Positions 1 through 13,494 of a stretch of DNA of 64,000 nt are shown piece by piece. The DNA is from Schmidtea polychroa (lineage: Eukaryota), in assembly GCA_044892525.1 (NCBI GenBank), contig CM097886.1, forward strand, positions 120,962,001 to 121,026,000. Reading direction: 5' to 3'. The translations under genes and the position numbers were made by a program. The notes under the pieces are model-generated. The model did not search any database and was not told the origin of the DNA. It worked only from the letters and a program-made list of their open reading frames with translations. Every line of letters begins with the position of its first letter. The stretch's first letter is position 1.

Positions 1-3000
1 CAAGGGCGCCGAGTGAAAAAGACGCCGGCAGGCGCCTCTTTCACTCGGTGCCACCTCACTAAATAAAAAAATTAAAATTAAATATATAAAAATTAAATGA
101 TAAAAAAGAAAAAATGACAAATATGGATTTATTAGAGAGATACTGGAAACGCAGACGCAACGTATACCTTATTCTACCACGCTATGAAAGCGCACTCGTG
201 ACTTCGTGCGATGCGATCGGTGTAGATCGCTCAACTTCGTTCGATAAAGGCGTCACCGCGACGCGCGGCATTTCACATTTACGTCTAGTCAAGTTTACGT
301 TTAGTCAAGTTTACGCAAATTTACGTCTAGTCAAGAACACCACTGCATTTGTCTTCTGCGTAAATCAAATATTTATTGATTTTCATCAGGCATTCATTAT
401 AAAATTTCAACGTAAGTATAATTTACAATATTAAATAACTAATTATATATTAAATAACAATATTAAATAATTACAATGTATAATAAATTTTAACTTAAAA
501 TCCTTAGATGTCTGGAATCGGAAAAAAATCAAAATTATCAGGCGCGCAAAATAAGAAAAATAGACTTCAGCGAGAAGACGCTCGACAAAAGCTATCAGGT
601 TCTTTAGATAAATTCACTATTAAAACTATTAATCCTACTACGACTGCAACGGCAGAAAATCAAGACCTGAATCTCGAAACACAAAGTTCTTCTGGTGTAT
701 CCACAAACTCTACAATAGAAAACGAATCGAAAGAAAGTAATAAAACCGATTCCGATTCCGAAAAAATTGATTTTAACGATCCGGCTACTTGGCCAAAACA
801 AATTAATATTAAATTAAGAGATTGTTTAATAGAAAATGATCCTAAGCAATTAATTTTGAAAGACTTCCCAAAAAATGAGTCTGGACGTAAATTTTCTGAT
901 AATTATTATTATCGAACTTTATCAAACGGGGAAAAAATTTGCAGGAGTTATTTGCTTTATTCGAAAACTCAAAATTCAGTATTTTGTTACTTTTGCAAAT
1001 TAATGTCTGACAATACTACACAACTTACTAGTGGTTGTAATGATTGGCAACACTTAAGCCACATATTAAAAGTTCACGAAACTAGTGTTGGGCACATAAA
1101 AAACAGTTCAAAATATAGCGAATTGAGAATGTCACTAAAAAAAATTGTATAATTGATGCAATGCAACAACGACTCTACGAAACCGAAAAAAAATATTGGC
1201 GATCGGTCGTGGAACGAATTATTCGTATAATACAGTATTTATCAAGACAATGCTTGGCATTTAGAGGTTCATCTAAAAATCTTTTTCAAAACGACAACGG
1301 AAACTTTTTGAAATTAATAGAAACCATAGTTAAATTCGATCCAATAATGTCTGAACATTTACATCGCGTTCAAACGTTTGAGAAAAAGAATATTAGTCAT
1401 TATTTAGGTGATCAGATTCAAAATGAAATAATTAGCATTATAAGTGATGCTATTAAGAAAAAGATTTTAGAAATGCTCCAGTCTTCAAAATATTATTCAA
1501 TCATTCTTGATACAACACCAGACATAAGCCATACTGAACAGTTAACCATAGTCATAAGATTTGTTTATCACAATAAATCGAGAAATGTTGCAGAAATTCG
1601 TGAGCATTTTTTAGGATTCCAAAGTGTAACTGACACAACCGGTGTAGGTTTATTCGAGTTCATCATTAACCATTTGAAATTAATGAACATTAATATATCA
1701 GATTTACGCGGACAGTCGTACGATAACGGAGCTAATATGCGTGGGAGACATAATGGACTTCAACAAAAAATTCTTGAAATAAATTCACGAGCTTCTTTCG
1801 TTCCATGCGCTGCTCATTCATTAAATTTGGTAGTGAACGATGCAGCTAAAATTTCATTTGAGACGGTAAATTTTTTTTAGTGTGATTCAAGAACTATATA
1901 ATTATTTTTCAATTAGTGTGAAACGGTTGGATCTATTTAAAAAATACGTTTTTTTTCTGCAACCAGATGGGAAAGTTGGATAGAAGCCCTGAAACCTCTG
2001 AAAATGTATATGTCAGAAATTTATCAAGGTCTATTAGATATCACTAATGAGCACACAAAAGACATGGATTCTAGAGCTCAAGCAAATAATATAATTTCAA
2101 AAATTTGTTCTTTTAAATTTTTGTGTTCCGTCTCAATTTGGTATGATATATTGAATCTTGTCAATATTGTCAGCAAAATAATGCAAAAGCCCACATTCGA
2201 TTTACAATTAGTAACAGAAAATCTTAATTCAATTTTGAACAACTTAAAAAGTCTTAGAACTGATGATAAATTTGAAGAACTTGTGACGTCTGCAATGGCT
2301 AAAGCTAGAGAATTTGATATTAAACCTGATTACCCTGAAACTCGAAAGCGAAAAAAAGGAAGTTATTCGATTACGAAGCATCAGATGATACAGTGAAGGA
2401 TGCAAAACATGATTTTAAAATTAACTTCTACTTCGCGATTCTGGACACCACTATATCGTCAATTTCAGAACGATTTCAACAATTGCAACAACACAACGAA
2501 GATTTTGAAATAATACACAACATCAACCAACTAAAACAATGGGATAATGAGGATTTATTGAAACACTGCAAACATTTGCATATAAAATTAACCGACGGTG
2601 CAAACTTAAACGATGAAGATATTGATGGTATAGCTCTAAACGAAAAATTAAAAACCATTCAATTTTTTATAAAATCTGACTTGTCTCCTCACGAGGTTTT
2701 AAATTACATTTATAAAAATGCATTAAATGAGATCTTTCCGAATATAACTATTGTATTACGCATTTTTTTAACATTACCTGTGTCTGTTGCTTCTGGAGAA
2801 AGTTTCTCTAAGTTAAAACTAATTAAAAACTATTTACGGTCTACCATGAAGGAAGAACGATTAACAGACTTATCCATAATATCTATAGAAAGCGATATTT
2901 TGGATTTCATAGATATTAACGATCTCATAAAAAACTTTGTAGCTGCTAAAGCTAGAAGAGTAAATATGTAAAAAGAATTTTGATTTTTGAGTGATGAATA

Positions 3001-3276
3001 ATTATAAAGTAATCTAATTCTTAATATATGTTTGAGACAAGCAAATTTTATTGATTACTTAGATTTAGTATTATATATTGTATGTATATAACCCATGCCT
3101 GTATATTATCGTATTATATAAGCTGTAATTATTTTTTAAAATAAAAGTATTCATTGGAAATATTCTAATGATTAAATTCATAACAAGTCATAGTTTTTGA
3201 CATGGGGGTTCAGTTCAGGGAAGGGCGCTGAAAAAAATCTGGCACAAAGGTGCCTCTTACCCACGCGGCGGCCCTG
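1..3276 (+). mobile_element. hAT DNA transposon (ZMYM1/TTF-zinc-finger type); left end lies upstream of the window
   Basis: Right end ...CCCACGCGGCGGCCCTG (reverse complement CAGGGCCGCCG, a typical hAT TIR start) ends at 3276. GGCGCC-rich subterminal motifs occur at both ends. A fragmented transposase lies inside. Confidence 0.85.
508..2971 (+). pseudogene. Frameshifted hAT transposase
   Basis: Four consecutive ORFs (508-1152, 1161-1880, 2004-2396, 2393-2971) carry a TTF-type Zn finger (CYFC...WQHL...HE), DUF4371-like motifs (LAFRG, IILDTTPD, GQSYDNGANM, CAAHSLNL) and the hAT dimerisation motif (LTLPVSVAS-E-SFSKLKLIKNYLRSTM). Confidence 0.9.
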
Positions 3277-3430
3277 CTTCCTCCCATATGGTTATAATTA
3301 ATTATAAATTCTGAGTAAGCTCAAAATATTTATCTGTTCCTTCGATAAATTGATCTATGTCATCGCCGATTTCGAATGTTTCTGGCGGTCTAATAAACTG
3401 CAGCATATTCGTGGTCGCCATGTTAGGATT
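3277..3430 (-). mobile_element. Ty3/gypsy 5' fragment: LTR tip, PBS and gag N-terminus
   Basis: Minus strand reads ...TCCTAACA TGGCGACCACGAA T ATG, then MLQFIRPPETFEIGDDIDQFIEGTDKYFEL (gag-like start). Truncated at the hAT junction at 3276. Confidence 0.65.
3408..3420 (-). promoter_or_regulatory. Primer-binding site complementary to a tRNA-Arg 3' end
   Basis: TGGCGACCACGAA directly follows a CA LTR end and precedes the gag ATG; it matches the metazoan tRNA-Arg(TCG) 3' end as recalled. Confidence 0.6.
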
Positions 3431-3431
3431 T

Positions 3432-3775
3432 TTTTTTTCTCGTATCATATTTTCGTCGAAATGTTTTAAATTCATTAAAATGACAAATTTAGTGGCAATG
3501 CGATCATATGCAGATTTTCGTTGTTTTATTTCTGCCAAAAGTTTATCAATAATTACATAAAAAATATTTATGCGGAAATTACTATTTTTATCAAATTGTG
3601 TGTCGGCTGATGTCCCTTCATCGAACTGTTTTTTTCTTTTAACAGTTCCTGCAGTTTTAAATTCAAAACAACCCGATAGATTTTCTCCTTTCTTTTTGTA
3701 ATAATTAAATGAATCTATATTTTGATCCAGAAAAATTGGCGAATATTTAATATTATAGAATTCAAGGGATAAATA
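3432..3775 (-). pseudogene. hAT transposase internal fragment
   Basis: Minus-strand translation VKRKKQFDEGT...NFRIKYFYVIIDKLLAEIKQRKSAY resembles the RKRKK..F / FKINFYFAILD region of the 1-3276 transposase. Confidence 0.65.
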
Positions 3776-3888
3776 GGCCGGACATGGGTATTTGTTTTTA
3801 GTAGAGATTTTTGGGGAACCTTGCGAAACTTAACTATTGTATCAGGTTGATTTAACCATTTCAAATGTTTTTAGCGTTTTCAAGAACC

Positions 3889-4688
3889 ATGTCAGAAATA
3901 AATTTCCCTCCCCCGGCCCGAGACCGTGTTTCTCGTGCGCCGACAAAAATGCGCTACTGAAGAAGTCGGCCGAGTACATGGGATCGCTGGAGCGGAAAAT
4001 TGACACCTTAGAGGGTACAGGGTTTACTCCAGCGCGGATGAAAGAGGCTCAAATGAAGATCCTCAGACTCGAGCACTGTCGAGACAGTTTGCTCGAGGAA
4101 AGTCGGAGCCAGCGGCTCACCATCAAGGCACAATCTGCGGCTCTCCACCGCATCTATTCGAAAGCCGAATTGAAGGCCCGCATAGCCGAGTACCCCATCT
4201 TGGATAGGGGAAATCTATTTCCGCAACACCACGTGTTAATTCTTCCAGAGCCGGCTCACCCAACTTACTGTGATTCTCATGGCCCAACTGTCGTGTCCCC
4301 AGTCATTGCAGACGTCCTAAAGACACGAATACCGGTACCCGTACCTTCAATCGTGAATCCTGTAAACTCCTCAACTTCTCAGCGGGTAACCCAGACGGAA
4401 CCGCCCAAGAAGAAAAGGAAAAAACGACTGACACGCGCAGAAAAAACTAAAAAACGGCGTGAGGAAATTTCAGCTCTAGAAGCGACCTTGTTCGCCGTCA
4501 CACAGGCAAAAGTAGTGCCTCCTGCAGGTCCAGTTGCGTCGGTAAAAAACGTACTAGCCACAGTCTCTACCAACTCTCGACCCGATATTAGAGCACGACA
4601 TCAACGCGATGCTGGCAGAAGGGGACATGTAATTGCCAATACTCTACCCGAAGGGTTCACTATAAATCTTCTCCAACAGGGCACATGA
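3889..4688 (+). pseudogene. ORF-X copy A (unknown CxxC/coiled-coil/basic protein) with a 1-nt frameshift near codon 9
   Basis: ATG at 3889 follows acceptor TTTTCAAG. MSEINFPP-GPRPCFSC aligns with the start of copy B if one C is added to the C-run. Core EGTGFTPARMKE..ILRLEHCRDSLLEESRSQRLTIKAQS is shared with copies B, C and D. Confidence 0.8.
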
Positions 4689-4879
4689 CTATTGTAAAAT
4701 CCTTGAGGAACTATTTGTGATCATATGTCTTGGTGTAAATTTGTTATATGTTCATTTTTTTATTGTTTTGTTTGATGTACTTAGAACGGGATTAAATATA
4801 ATGTAGGTTAAAACGCGAAACGTTGTCTCGTTGTTTGTTGAATCGTCAATTATTTGTTCTAAAGGACGCCGTTGGATCA

Positions 4880-5179
4880 TGTAGTTAAAATTAAAAAATA
4901 CACACATTATATAGTTTAATTTAATAGACTTTAGAAAATAGAGGCTACCGCTGGATCAAATAAATACTGTTGGGTTATTGAGTTGGTGATAAATTTCAAT
5001 GTTACTCTGACTCCAAGCGTGTCTTTATACAATTCACAAATAACACTTGACAACAGAAATCTTTATTGATAATCACAAATAAACTTTCACTTGACACTGA
5101 CAATAAATTCAACACTCTGCTTGGTGACTATACAATGCTTATTACAACACTCAGTGAGGAATAGCACTTGTGTATAACA
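4880..5179 (-). mobile_element. LTR (3' or solo) of an LTR retrotransposon; internal remnant probably extends to ~5900
   Basis: TG...CA boundaries, with TATAAAG and AATAAA on the minus strand. Degraded lysine-rich coding remnant at 5220-5900. It truncates the ORF-X copy A cassette at 4879. Upstream boundary tentative. Confidence 0.5.
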
Positions 5180-7320
5180 CCGAATTAAAAGATCACAAAT
5201 TAATGATTGGTTTCTAAACTGCGATTTGGAGCTGGTTGTTTTCTTTGACTTTCTTCGCAACTTTAGTCAAATAATCAAATAACTTCTTTTCGTTTTATTT
5301 TTCAACTAATTCTGTTCTTCAACTCTTCTCCAATAACAATTCTCCACAATTATTTCTTTTACAATTATTTTGACAATCGTTTGTCTAACAACGTTTCCTC
5401 CAACGTCTAATTTTCTCCAATAATTTTATCTCTCAAATCGTTTTCAATTTCGCGTCACTTTGTCTCTAATTTTTCCTCTAAATTTTTTTGTGTCCTTTCA
5501 TGTTCACCAGTTTTCCCTAATATAGTTTGCTTCTCTTGTGGCACTCCAGATAATTAAGTGTTTTTCCATTTTCTTTCTCCTACTTTTCCCGACTGTCCCA
5601 TTTTTATCTCTGACAGCTGTCAAGTTGTTTTTCCTTTTTGCCTTTTTATGTTTGACCGCCTTCTCCCATCAATTCTATTATCACTGCAAGCTGTCGAGAT
5701 AAGGATATTGTTGTTTTCCTTTTTCCCCGATTTCAAAATTCCTTTTCCTTTCTGTACTAATTAATTAGTACTAACCTTGATTTTTATTTTCCTGTTTGAT
5801 AACTTTTATTTCCTTTCTCTTTCTCATTTTTAATATCTTTTCACTTCTGTTTTCTTTTCTGAGTTTCTATAGATCGTCCCGTTTGTCATAGCGATCTTCC
5901 CCAAGTAATTTTATTTATTTCTTTATAAATTGTTATTTAGGTATCCTCAACAATACTATATAGTTTTAATATATACACACATTCTTTGTGGGAAATAAAA
6001 CTGGCTGTATGCACGCATGTGTGCAATGTGCACTAAATAAGGGATAATTCAACAACTTTTAAGAATTTAAAATTTTTATAAAAATTATACAGGTCAAATA
6101 GACTTTCAAATTGTGGGCCCACTAACAAAGTTGATTATTGGGAGTTCCTGACAAGGTATTTCGGCAATCAATTAAAAATAAATTATAATTATATTGTTGA
6201 TTAAAAGTAATTTTTAAGAACTTGAATAATGATCTCATATCTATAAGGATCAAAAAGTTCCTCAAGATTTATTTCATAACACATTGAATTTAACTATATA
6301 TATTATTTAAACCAAATAATTTCCTAATAATTTTTTTCCTAATTCTCGGATTTTGACGCAGAGTTTGAAGAAGAAACGAAACAAGTAAAACAAAGAAAAA
6401 AAATTTTATTTGAACATTTTCATTCTAGTCTAAATGTCGACAAGTTTACAATTTCAAAAACGACAAAGTAAAAACAATGTATAAAGATTATTGCGTGAAA
6501 AATCTGGTAAGTTCATTTTTTTTTAATTTTATCACAACCATTTTTTATTGTAGAAAAAAACTCAAAATGATTGCAAAAAAATCAGTGAAAATGTGAAAAT
6601 TCCAGATCAAAAAGGAATTTTATATAATTTGTGCAGTTCGAACTTGATCAAAATTTAAAGGATTTTTTTTCAAGAATAATTTGTTTTTGTTTTAATTTAA
6701 TAATATTTTATTTACAAATTCAGTTATTCAAATATTCTGCAATTATAAAACTTCAAAACGAAATCGACCACTAGTGAATACAATTTATCTTTTTTAATTA
6801 TATATCCTTATCATCCGTATTGTAATACCTCCGACATTCCAATTATTAAATTAAATAAATTAAATCACGTTATTTAAATATTCATTCTTCCTTGGGACAT
6901 CGCGATCTTTTATTTCAAAATGTATATAAAAAAATTTGTTTCCTCCGAAGATACGTCATTTCTAAAACTCAATATTACAATATTCGAAACATCAGCTCGA
7001 AGCCACTGTCTCGCTTATATCTTGGATTTATTATGGTATTAACATCAATTTCCCTAATCTTGATATACTTATGCGCCACTAATATTCGAAGTTTTATAAA
7101 TTAAAATATCAGATCGCTTTAAAAATCCTCAAACGAACGTCAGATCGCCTCAGATTTGAGCTATACGAAATATAATTAGATCAATAATGACAAATCAATT
7201 GATTATGGTAAATTAACTTCGCGGGTTACTCGATTTTCTTATAAATATATTTTAAATATCGGTCTTATGTTACTACACATATTTATTTTTAGTTGCTTTC
7301 ATTTTATCTATATGTGAAAA

Positions 7321-7720
7321 CTAGCTGGCGTACCCGGCGTTGCACGATTTAAAAAATAGTAAACACATTCAAAATAAAGAAATTCATTTCAATTCATTCA
7401 TTTAAAAAAAATATTTAAAAAATACATTAAAATTTAATTTAAAAAATCTAGGAAGTTGCTTTTGGAGACCAAATTTTACAATCAGATGCAATCTTCAGTA
7501 GTGCAATGTATAAATGGAATTTAAAACTAAGTATAATAGCACTTTAAAAATTTGAAAAATGCTAATGTTTATCTACTGGTGGTATCAAATGTAGTAAATC
7601 AAGGTGACCCTGAGTATGGTTAGGGTACCCTAGGGTGGTCTCCTGGGGTTGAAACATAGCATATGACCTGTCCCGAGTCAAATGTATCGGCTTCCAAAAA
7701 ACCATAAAAATGATGTATCT
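7321..7720 (+). mobile_element. Non-autonomous Helitron/Helentron-like element
   Basis: Starts CTAGCTGGCGTACCCGGCGTTGCACG and contains ATAGCATATGACCTGTCCCGAG; both resemble DINE-1/Lep1-type elements as recalled. Confidence 0.45.
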
Positions 7721-7815
7721 ATGAGACTTGTTTTTTTATGGGTGATACTGATCAATCTAAAAGCTAAACTTAAGGATGAATTATGGAACCCTTATAATTA
7801 GATTAGAGTTTGAAT

Positions 7816-7909
7816 GTAAAAATAGTTTGAATTTGTTTCCTGTATTGCATGGTTTAATAGACTCAATGTGGATGAGATTATGGTATCATTTGATGTTTGT
7901 AGTTTGTTT
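7816..7909 (+). pseudogene. Penelope-like reverse transcriptase fragment
   Basis: With one frameshift reads VKNS-FEFV...NVDEIMVSFDVCSLF, matching the KNSFEF...LVSFDVxSLF motif of PLE RTs. Confidence 0.6.
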
Positions 7910-8189
7910 TAATTTTAGCTGATATTCATAGCTGTGCTCTTCTGAGCGTGGTTATTTTATATTATTTTATATTACTATTGTTCATTCCTTCTGCTGCTCT
8001 AAGCGTTATTGTAATTATGTTGCGTATGTTGGTATTATTATTATTAGTTGATATAGTATTATTATTAAATTGTCAACTATTTCCAAAGAAAAATATTATT
8101 ATGTTGATAGATTTATCCGAGGTTTATTTCAAAATGAATGAGAATGTAAACAGAAATATTTGTAGGGAAATCCTTTTCATTCGCTGAAT

Positions 8190-8438
8190 ATTTTATCAAT
8201 CGAAGATCTTCCATCCAGAATCGCTAGACACATAAAATATTTTATATAAATCAACTTGTAAAAAAAATGTCGAATAAAAGTATATTCCTTCATACCATTG
8301 GCCAAATTTGTTGTGAAAGTAGCAATAGTTGTTGTTTGCAAAATCATTTCTTGATTCTTTTTCTAAGCTGTTGTTTCGGTAGTTGTTGTAACGGTTTGGG
8401 GAGTTGGGCCGGTTTCTGTAGTAGTAGGTAGTTATGTA
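8190..8438 (-). pseudogene. Ty3/gypsy gag C-terminal half (split by the foldback element)
   Basis: Asn-rich tract then YCYFHNKFG (CxxHxxFG knuckle typical of this gag class). In frame with 22658-23075 once the insertion is removed. Confidence 0.7.
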
Positions 8439-11400
8439 CACTCTAGATCCAGATACCCCCCCATAATTTTTTTTTAATTTAAATTTTTGTTTTAATTATC
8501 GATTATGCAATAATTTCATTTTTTGTTTTAATATCGATTATGTAATAATTTCATTTTTTGTTTTAATCATTGATTACGAAATTCTTGTTTTAATTATTGA
8601 TTACCTAATATTTTTATTTGTTTTAATCGTCGATTATGCAACAATTTAAAATTTTTAAACGTTGATTACGTCATTGGTTTTAATTTTTTATAAGAATTTT
8701 TTATGTCATTATACTTGAAATTTAATTCTATGTTAAATAAGACTATGATGTAATCAAAATTCTGAAATTTCATTTTTAGTACACCATTTTTAAATTTACA
8801 CATCTTTTTAAACAAATTGAGATATGTTCACTCAAACAATATATAGATAGAATTTTAATCTCTATAAAATGACATCATTATTTACTTCAAAGTCATAATC
8901 ATAACACCTTAAACAATGTATTTTTTAGCCAACTTTTACATATACACATATTTTCAACTTTAAAAAAAAACAAATTATTCATCTATACTTAACTCATAGT
9001 AAATAATTATATTAAAAGACATATTAAAAGATGTATTAAAAACTAAACATTTATTAAAATCCTAGAGAAATTCGATCACTATCTAATTTCCAAATCGTTG
9101 ATATGACATCTTTCTCATCTATTTTATATCCCTGTATTGACATATTTACAAACCAGCTTTCCCCATCTTTATATTCAATTTTATATAACAAAGACATATT
9201 GCATACAAAGACACACATGACTCATCATACTTTTTAAATATATTACGTTGCGGTATTTTAAAATTTAAATTTATTTTAAAAACTTGTTTTGACGGTTAAG
9301 TTGACAAAATAAAATTATTGCACATACTTTGCATTATCATATATAGTCTACCAGACAAGATATTCTGTTCCTCTAAGGGTAATGGTCACAAAGGTACTGC
9401 TAAAACTTTAACATATTATTACACACAATGTATAAAAAATCTTATTAGTGTCCACACATGCAACAAGTTATTATTATTATTATTATTATTTTCAAAGTAT
9501 TATAATTATATATAGTCCGAGTCTATCCGACAAGATATTCTGTCTCCCTATGGGTAATGGTCACAAAAGTAAAGGTCACAAAGGTAAAGGTCACAAATGT
9601 ACTGTTAAAAATATTCAAGACAGAACTTTAACAAAGAAATTCTAAATATTATACTTAAAATATACATTAAAATTTAATAACACATTGGGTAATGGTCGCA
9701 AAGGTAAAGGTTACTAATGTACTGCTCGCAAAGGTAATACTCACACTCAACATGTCGTAAATTATTTTCAAATACAATTTCAAAGTATTATTATTATTTA
9801 TTATTAAAATTAAAATTATTATTAAATTCTGACCAACTTAAATCAATGAAGGGGTAGGACAAAAATATATTACGTTGCAGTATTTTAAAATTTAAATATA
9901 TTTTAAAAAACTTATTTTGACACTAAAGTTTACTTATTTAACAAAGACATAATTATTGCACATGCTTTGCATAAATATTATTATTATTTTTTGAATTTTC
10001 AATATTTTCTTTCAAAGTAATAATACGCGCGGGAGTTATTATTATCATTATCATTATTATTATTATTGCAAATATTTCAAAGTAACACACGCGGGAATTA
10101 TTATTATTATTATTATTGAAAAACCTAAAATATTTTTAACATACACATACACAACCCATTAAACATTATTATTATTATCTATATTATTATTATCTATATT
10201 ATTATTATTATTGCAAATATTAGTAAAAAAAACTAACCGATTATTTACGCACATATACAACTCATTAAACTTTATTATTACTATTATTATTAAACCTAAA
10301 ATAATTTTTACACACTAGGTTATGGGGTAGAGAATTATTATATGTTTGCAGTATTCTGTATTTGCCTTTACATGAAATTTTCAATAAGGAGCGATAATTT
10401 ACAATTTTACACATACCTTGTTTAACATGGGTGTATATACTCCTAGTCTATCCGACAAGATATTCTGTCCTCCTATGGGTATTGCTAGCAAGGGTACTAC
10501 TCACATTCAACTTGTCGCAAGGGTATATTAATTAAGGTTAGTAAATAAAACTTATCACACATACTATTTTTAATAATTATTTAAACTATAAAAATCAAGA
10601 CAAGACAGGGCAAGGCAAAGTTTATGCAATTATTATTGCCAGGCCTAATGAGCAGTGACCAAATATCTGTGCCTGAAAGACACGGTGGATATTTGTTCGC
10701 GTCCACAAGGGTCGTCTGTGCCTCCCCCAAGTGGGGTCAGAAGAACCTGGGCATTATAGCTTTCCGTACGGAACATTACGCCTAGCATGAGTAGTCAACT
10801 ACCAGCACATTCGAAACGTATAATTTCAAAATACATGCGTCATTGGCACTATAACCAAATTAATTAATGTTTTCACTAACACAAATATATATTTACAGAG
10901 GCCTCCCACTAGTTGGACTACAACCGCCCACCACGACGATCAGCTTGTAAATATATATTAATTAAGGGATAAAGAGGACCCACCCAACCCTATTATATTT
11001 AATTTATAAATTTTTCTCGCTCTTCTGCTGGTAATCTATCTCAAAATTATCATCTCCATCGGGCCATTTGATAGTGATTTCATGGAATACGTCTTGCAAA
11101 TTGGACGGCGTCAACTATCATTGCTAAAATTTATATTGATTTAAAAGCAATTAACTTACAGATGTTATCTAACATTTTATCGTCACAAATTAAATTTTGT
11201 CTGACTATTAGGCAACTGTTATTTATGGTATACTTTTTCCTTATCAATTCCCACCATAAAACACAGATACCTAAATATAATATATATATTTTAAAGAATT
11301 AATTCATGTCTTACATTAATAATAATATTCTTCAGGTATGACGAGTACTTTACTTAATTGCTAAAACATCGGTTTTTCTTGACATTCGTTGAAAGTTTAC

Positions 11401-11928
11401 ATAATTTAAGTCTGATAATTCATGTTGAAGGACACCCACAATCAGATAATTCATTTAAAAAATCCGGAACTATAACTTCTTTAGTGTTTCACCATTGTGT
11501 CTGGTTCATCTTCTTCATAATCATATAATTCATGTTTTAATAAGAAATCTCTAAATCCAGAACATAAGTCTTTTAGTGTTTCACTATTTTGTCTGGTTCA
11601 TCTTCTTCATAATCATATAATTCATTTTCTTCATTACTAAGTAAAATAATTAAAATATTGTAGTAAATTCTTTATTGACTTACTTTATGGATACTAAAAC
11701 GAAAGAAATAAAGTTATTTGAAAAGTTTATTTAATTAATTTAAATTTAGTTATTTAAAAATATTTAAACAAGTTAGTTATTTAAGCATATTTAAACATTA
11801 TTATATAGTATAATTTTATATAATATTATAATATTATAATTTTATGTATTCTAAATTTATTAATAAATACAGTATAATTTTATATAATATTAAAATATTA
11901 TGTATTGTAAATTTAATATATCCTTCAT
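8439..11928 (+). repeat. Left inverted arm (~3.5 kb)
   Basis: Reverse complement of 18132-22657 along its length. Contains repeated ATCCGACAAGATATTCTGTC and GGTAATGGTCACAAAGGTA motifs and (ATT)n tracts. Confidence 0.9.
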
Positions 11929-12054
11929 TTAATTTTTTAAATTCAAAAATTTATAATGAAGCTTTTTTGAATTAAAATAATATTCTGTTAGTATTTCCAG
12001 GCAGAAAACAACGAAATCAATAATTAAATCTTAATTTTCATGTTATATATTTAG

Positions 12055-12931
12055 TGTTTATGTTTAAATTCAAAATAACGATTAATAAGTTTATTTCCAT
12101 CTACAGAGCCAGTTTTGAATAACAACAGTTTGTCCATGTCCATACCAGGAGATAATGTCCTCGTTGAACAACCCAATGGTCGCATCTCGGTTGATTGGGT
12201 AGAAAACTGCTTCATATCCGCAACAGAACGACTTATTATGTCGCAAGGCATTTCATATCCATGTTTATATCTAAATAGAGCTGCTTCCATTTGTGCACGC
12301 CATACTTGAGATCGATAATCAGGGATCATACCAGTCATATCATTTTCAGTCCTTTCAGTAATATTAAACAATCTTGTAGCTGAACTCTTCTCAATCATTT
12401 TATCTGGAACCTGTCTTTGTGTAGCTACTACATCCCAATAATTGCATCGAATATCCATGGAAAGCAATCCACCACATAAATTTGATATCATATTATTCTT
12501 TTCATAATTAACTGCAGCCATCTTTGATCGGCAGCTCATAATACAAAACGAAAAACCAAATCCATAAGAATTCAACAACTCGAGTTCCATTGCCATCTAT
12601 TCTAACTCTTTACCAAAATTCATAACCGAAAAATTCCATACCATTAACTCATCATTAACATTATCATCGATCACCATTAATTCACCATTTTCAACAATCC
12701 ATAAAAATTCCAAATTCTAAAATTCAAATTACAAATAACTAACTAACCATAAAAATACCTCTTGCTCGCGTCTGTGTGCGCACACAGCCAAGAACAAAGA
12801 AAAGAAAAGCGCACACAGACGCGAGGATCGGATTAAAATTTCCACATACTCCATTTTACGCGTCTGTGTGCGCACACAACCAAAACAAAGAAAAAAGCGC
12901 ACACAGACGCGAGAAAAATAATAATTCACCA
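12055..12931 (-). repeat. 3' LTR
   Basis: Direct repeat of 15905-16781 (offset 3850), identical by eye; preceded on the minus strand by a PPT. Confidence 0.92.
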
Positions 12932-12944
12932 TCCTCCCACCCTT
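12932..12944 (-). promoter_or_regulatory. Polypurine tract
   Basis: AAGGGTGGGAGGA abuts the TG of the 3' LTR. Confidence 0.8.
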
Positions 12945-13494
12945 GACACCTTAGTGTCAATCTCAAATCCCCATCAGCTTCTCCTTCTTCTTTTATACTT
13001 AAACATAATTTGAAGATACATTCCCGTGTCAGCTTATCCCTTTTCCCCTTCATTTCTTGCACTTCCCTCACCATTTTATCCCTTCTCCCCTTCATTTTCT
13101 GCATTATGGCTCAATCTCCAATAACCCTCACAAACCCATCTTTGTATTATATAAGCCGCCGCGCCACGCACCTTTTTTGAAAGATCATTGTGGATTCTCC
13201 ATCCACCATCGTTATACTCGGTCAAGCAGCTGTCCATGTTCAGTTTGTTTAGGTGTAATCTCTCCATTATTCTTTCTCCATTTTTCGCCAATTCAATATT
13301 CCACCCTTTTCCTTGTTGCATTTCATTTAGTGACCAGTTTTCACTTAATGTTTTTATAAGCATCCTACAAAGTCGTTCTTTGATTGCTTCGTGTTTCGAT
13401 TCCCCAATCGACCCCTTGTCTTTCATGTGCATCTTTAGAGGCGTGCAAACGAGTTCCAGTGATCCTTGTTGTTTGAAACTGTTCGATGATTCGT

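Noticed and set aside
114-434. 106-aa ORF upstream of the first transposase
   Set aside because: Lies in the hAT subterminal/5' UTR region with a local tandem duplication; no recognisable domain.
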